Source: Mustelus asterias (taxonomy: Eukaryota). From it: a DNA stretch of 64,000 bases. This document shows positions 62,563 to 64,000 of this stretch, one piece after another. Made by a program: the position numbers and the translations under genes. Where the stretch lies: the NCBI RefSeq assembly GCF_964213995.1, contig NC_135802.1, positions 59,458,001-59,522,000 of the forward strand, in the 5' to 3' direction. Below the pieces are notes generated by a model that was not told the DNA's origin, searched no databases, and saw nothing but the letters and a program-made list of their open reading frames with translations. The number at the start of each line of letters is the position of its first letter. The stretch's first letter is position 1.

Positions 62563-63586
62563 TAGATGGGTCTTTTTCTAAATGGAGGTCGGTCACCAGT
62601 GGTGTGCCCCAGGGATCTGTTCTGGGACCCTTGCTGTTTGTCATTTTCATAAATGACCTGGATGAGGAAGCGGAGGGATGGGTTGGTAAGTTTGCCGACG
62701 ACACGAAGGTTGGTGGGGTTGTGGATAGTCTGGAGGGATGTCAGAAGTTACAGAGGGACATAGATAGGATGCAAGGCTGGGCGGACAAGTGGCAGATGGA
62801 CTTCAACCCAGATAAATGCGTCGTGGTCCATTTTGGTAGGTCAAATGGGATGAAGGAGTACAATATAAAGGGAAAGACTCTTAGTACTGTAGAGGATCAG
62901 AAGGACCTTGGGGTCCGGGTCCATAGGACTCTGAAATTGGCCCCGCAGGTGGAGGAGGTGGTTAAGAAGGCGTATGGTGTGCTGGCCTTTATCAATCGAG
63001 GGATTGAGTTTAGGAGTCTGGGGATAATGTTGCAGCTATATAAGACCCTCGTCAGACCCCACTTGGAGTACTGTGCTCAGTTCTGGTCGCCTCACTATAG
63101 GAAGGATGTGGAAAAGATTGAAAGGGTGCAGAGGAGATTTACAAGGATGTTGCCTGGATTGAGCGGCATGCCTTATGAGGATAGGCTGAGGGAGCTTGGT
63201 CTTTTCTCCTTGGAGAGACGAAGGATGAGAGGAGACCTAATAGAGGTGTATAAGATGTTGAGAGGCATAGATCGGGTGGACTCTCAGAGGCTTTTTCCCA
63301 GGGTGGAAATGTCTGCTACGAGAGGACACAGGTTTAGGGTGCTGGGGGGTAGGTACAGGGGAGATGTTAGGGGTAAGTTTTTCACACAGAGGGTGGTGGG
63401 CGAGTGGAATCGGCTGCCGTCAGTGGTGGTGGAGGCGCACTCAATAGGGTCTTTTAAGAGACTCCTGGATGAGTACATGGAGCGTAATAGGATGGAGGGT
63501 TATAGGTAGGAATAGAAGGTAGGGATGTGTTCGGCACAACTTGTGGGCCGAAGGGCCTGTTTGTGCTGTAGTTTTTCTATGTTCTA
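62563..63586 (+). mobile_element. Young 5'-truncated CR1 LINE with intact RT C-terminal ORF
   Basis: Uninterrupted ORF to 63509 (SGVPQGSVLGP, KFADDTK); AGTA TSD at 62559-62562 and 63587-63590. Confidence 0.93.
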
Positions 63587-63917
63587 AGTAGGACTCTTTT
63601 TCTTGGAGAAGTGAAGGCCAAAGGAAGATATGTTAGAGGTATTCAAAATCATGCGGAGTATGGACAAAATAGATATGGAGAAAATGTTCCCACTCGTGAA
63701 AGGATTGAGAATGAGAGGGCACAGATTTAAAATAATTAGTAAAATGAGCAGTAGTGATATGAGGGAAAGAAAATCACACAGCGAGTTGTTAGGCTCTGGA
63801 ATGCTGTGCCTGAGAGTGTGGTGGAGACAGGTTCAAATTGGGCATTTGCACTGGGAGTTTATGAATCTAGTTTTAAACTGCCAGATGGTGGGGGGTGGAA
63901 TCCTGAATTTGAATTTA

Positions 63918-64000
63918 GGGCGGCACGGTAGCACAGTGGTTAGCACTGCTGCTTCACAGCTCCAGGGTCCCGGGTTCGATTCCTGGCTCGGGTCACTGTC
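63918..64000 (+). mobile_element. SINE head, cut by the window end
   Basis: GGGCGGCACGGTAGCACAGTGGTTAGCACTGCTG..GGTTCGATTCC. Confidence 0.88.

Larger units (their letters stand above)
60900..63840 (+). mobile_element. Old CR1 ORF2 remnant hosting two younger insertions
   Basis: Degraded CR1 motifs (KAPNSDEMHPRML-like, NYRPVSLTS-like) on both sides of 61722-62065 and 62563-63586. Confidence 0.75.

Noticed and set aside
24000-64000. Next TBC1D5 exon (expected to begin RNPRP...)
   Set aside because: No matching sequence was found by eye. It probably lies beyond the window, though a diverged short exon could have been missed.
1-64000. CRISPR arrays, operons or other prokaryotic systems
   Set aside because: The sequence is vertebrate intronic DNA with no regularly spaced repeat-spacer arrays.

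Overview
Eukaryotic genomic DNA, almost certainly from a shark or other elasmobranch (HE1/V-SINE-type SINEs, CR1, Rex1, Penelope, RTE and Gypsy repeats). The window lies inside a TBC1D5 orthologue on the + strand. Only two coding exons are recognisable (21701-21843 and 23887-23993, C-terminal part of the TBC/Rab-GAP domain), joined by a short TE-free intron. The rest is large, TE-dense intron. The main structures are: (1) a single Penelope-like insertion made of two head-to-head arms, flanked by a 13-bp TSD, with minimal hammerhead-ribozyme motifs at both outer ends; (2) a full-length but inactivated PNMA-gag-type Gypsy provirus (36486-44045, minus strand) nested in an older Gypsy, plus a solo LTR of the same family; (3) many SINE and LINE fragments, several nested or inverted. 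The most interesting signal is in the Gypsy leader. The canonical tRNA-Thr(AGT) PBS is followed by a second block complementary to the same tRNA's anticodon arm, with C placed opposite the inosine-edited wobble base. The provirus also has a GGGAAAC slippery site plus pseudoknot at the gag-pol junction. All calls are by eye and from recalled family knowledge; no searches were run. Most short ORFs in the track are spurious or TE-derived.
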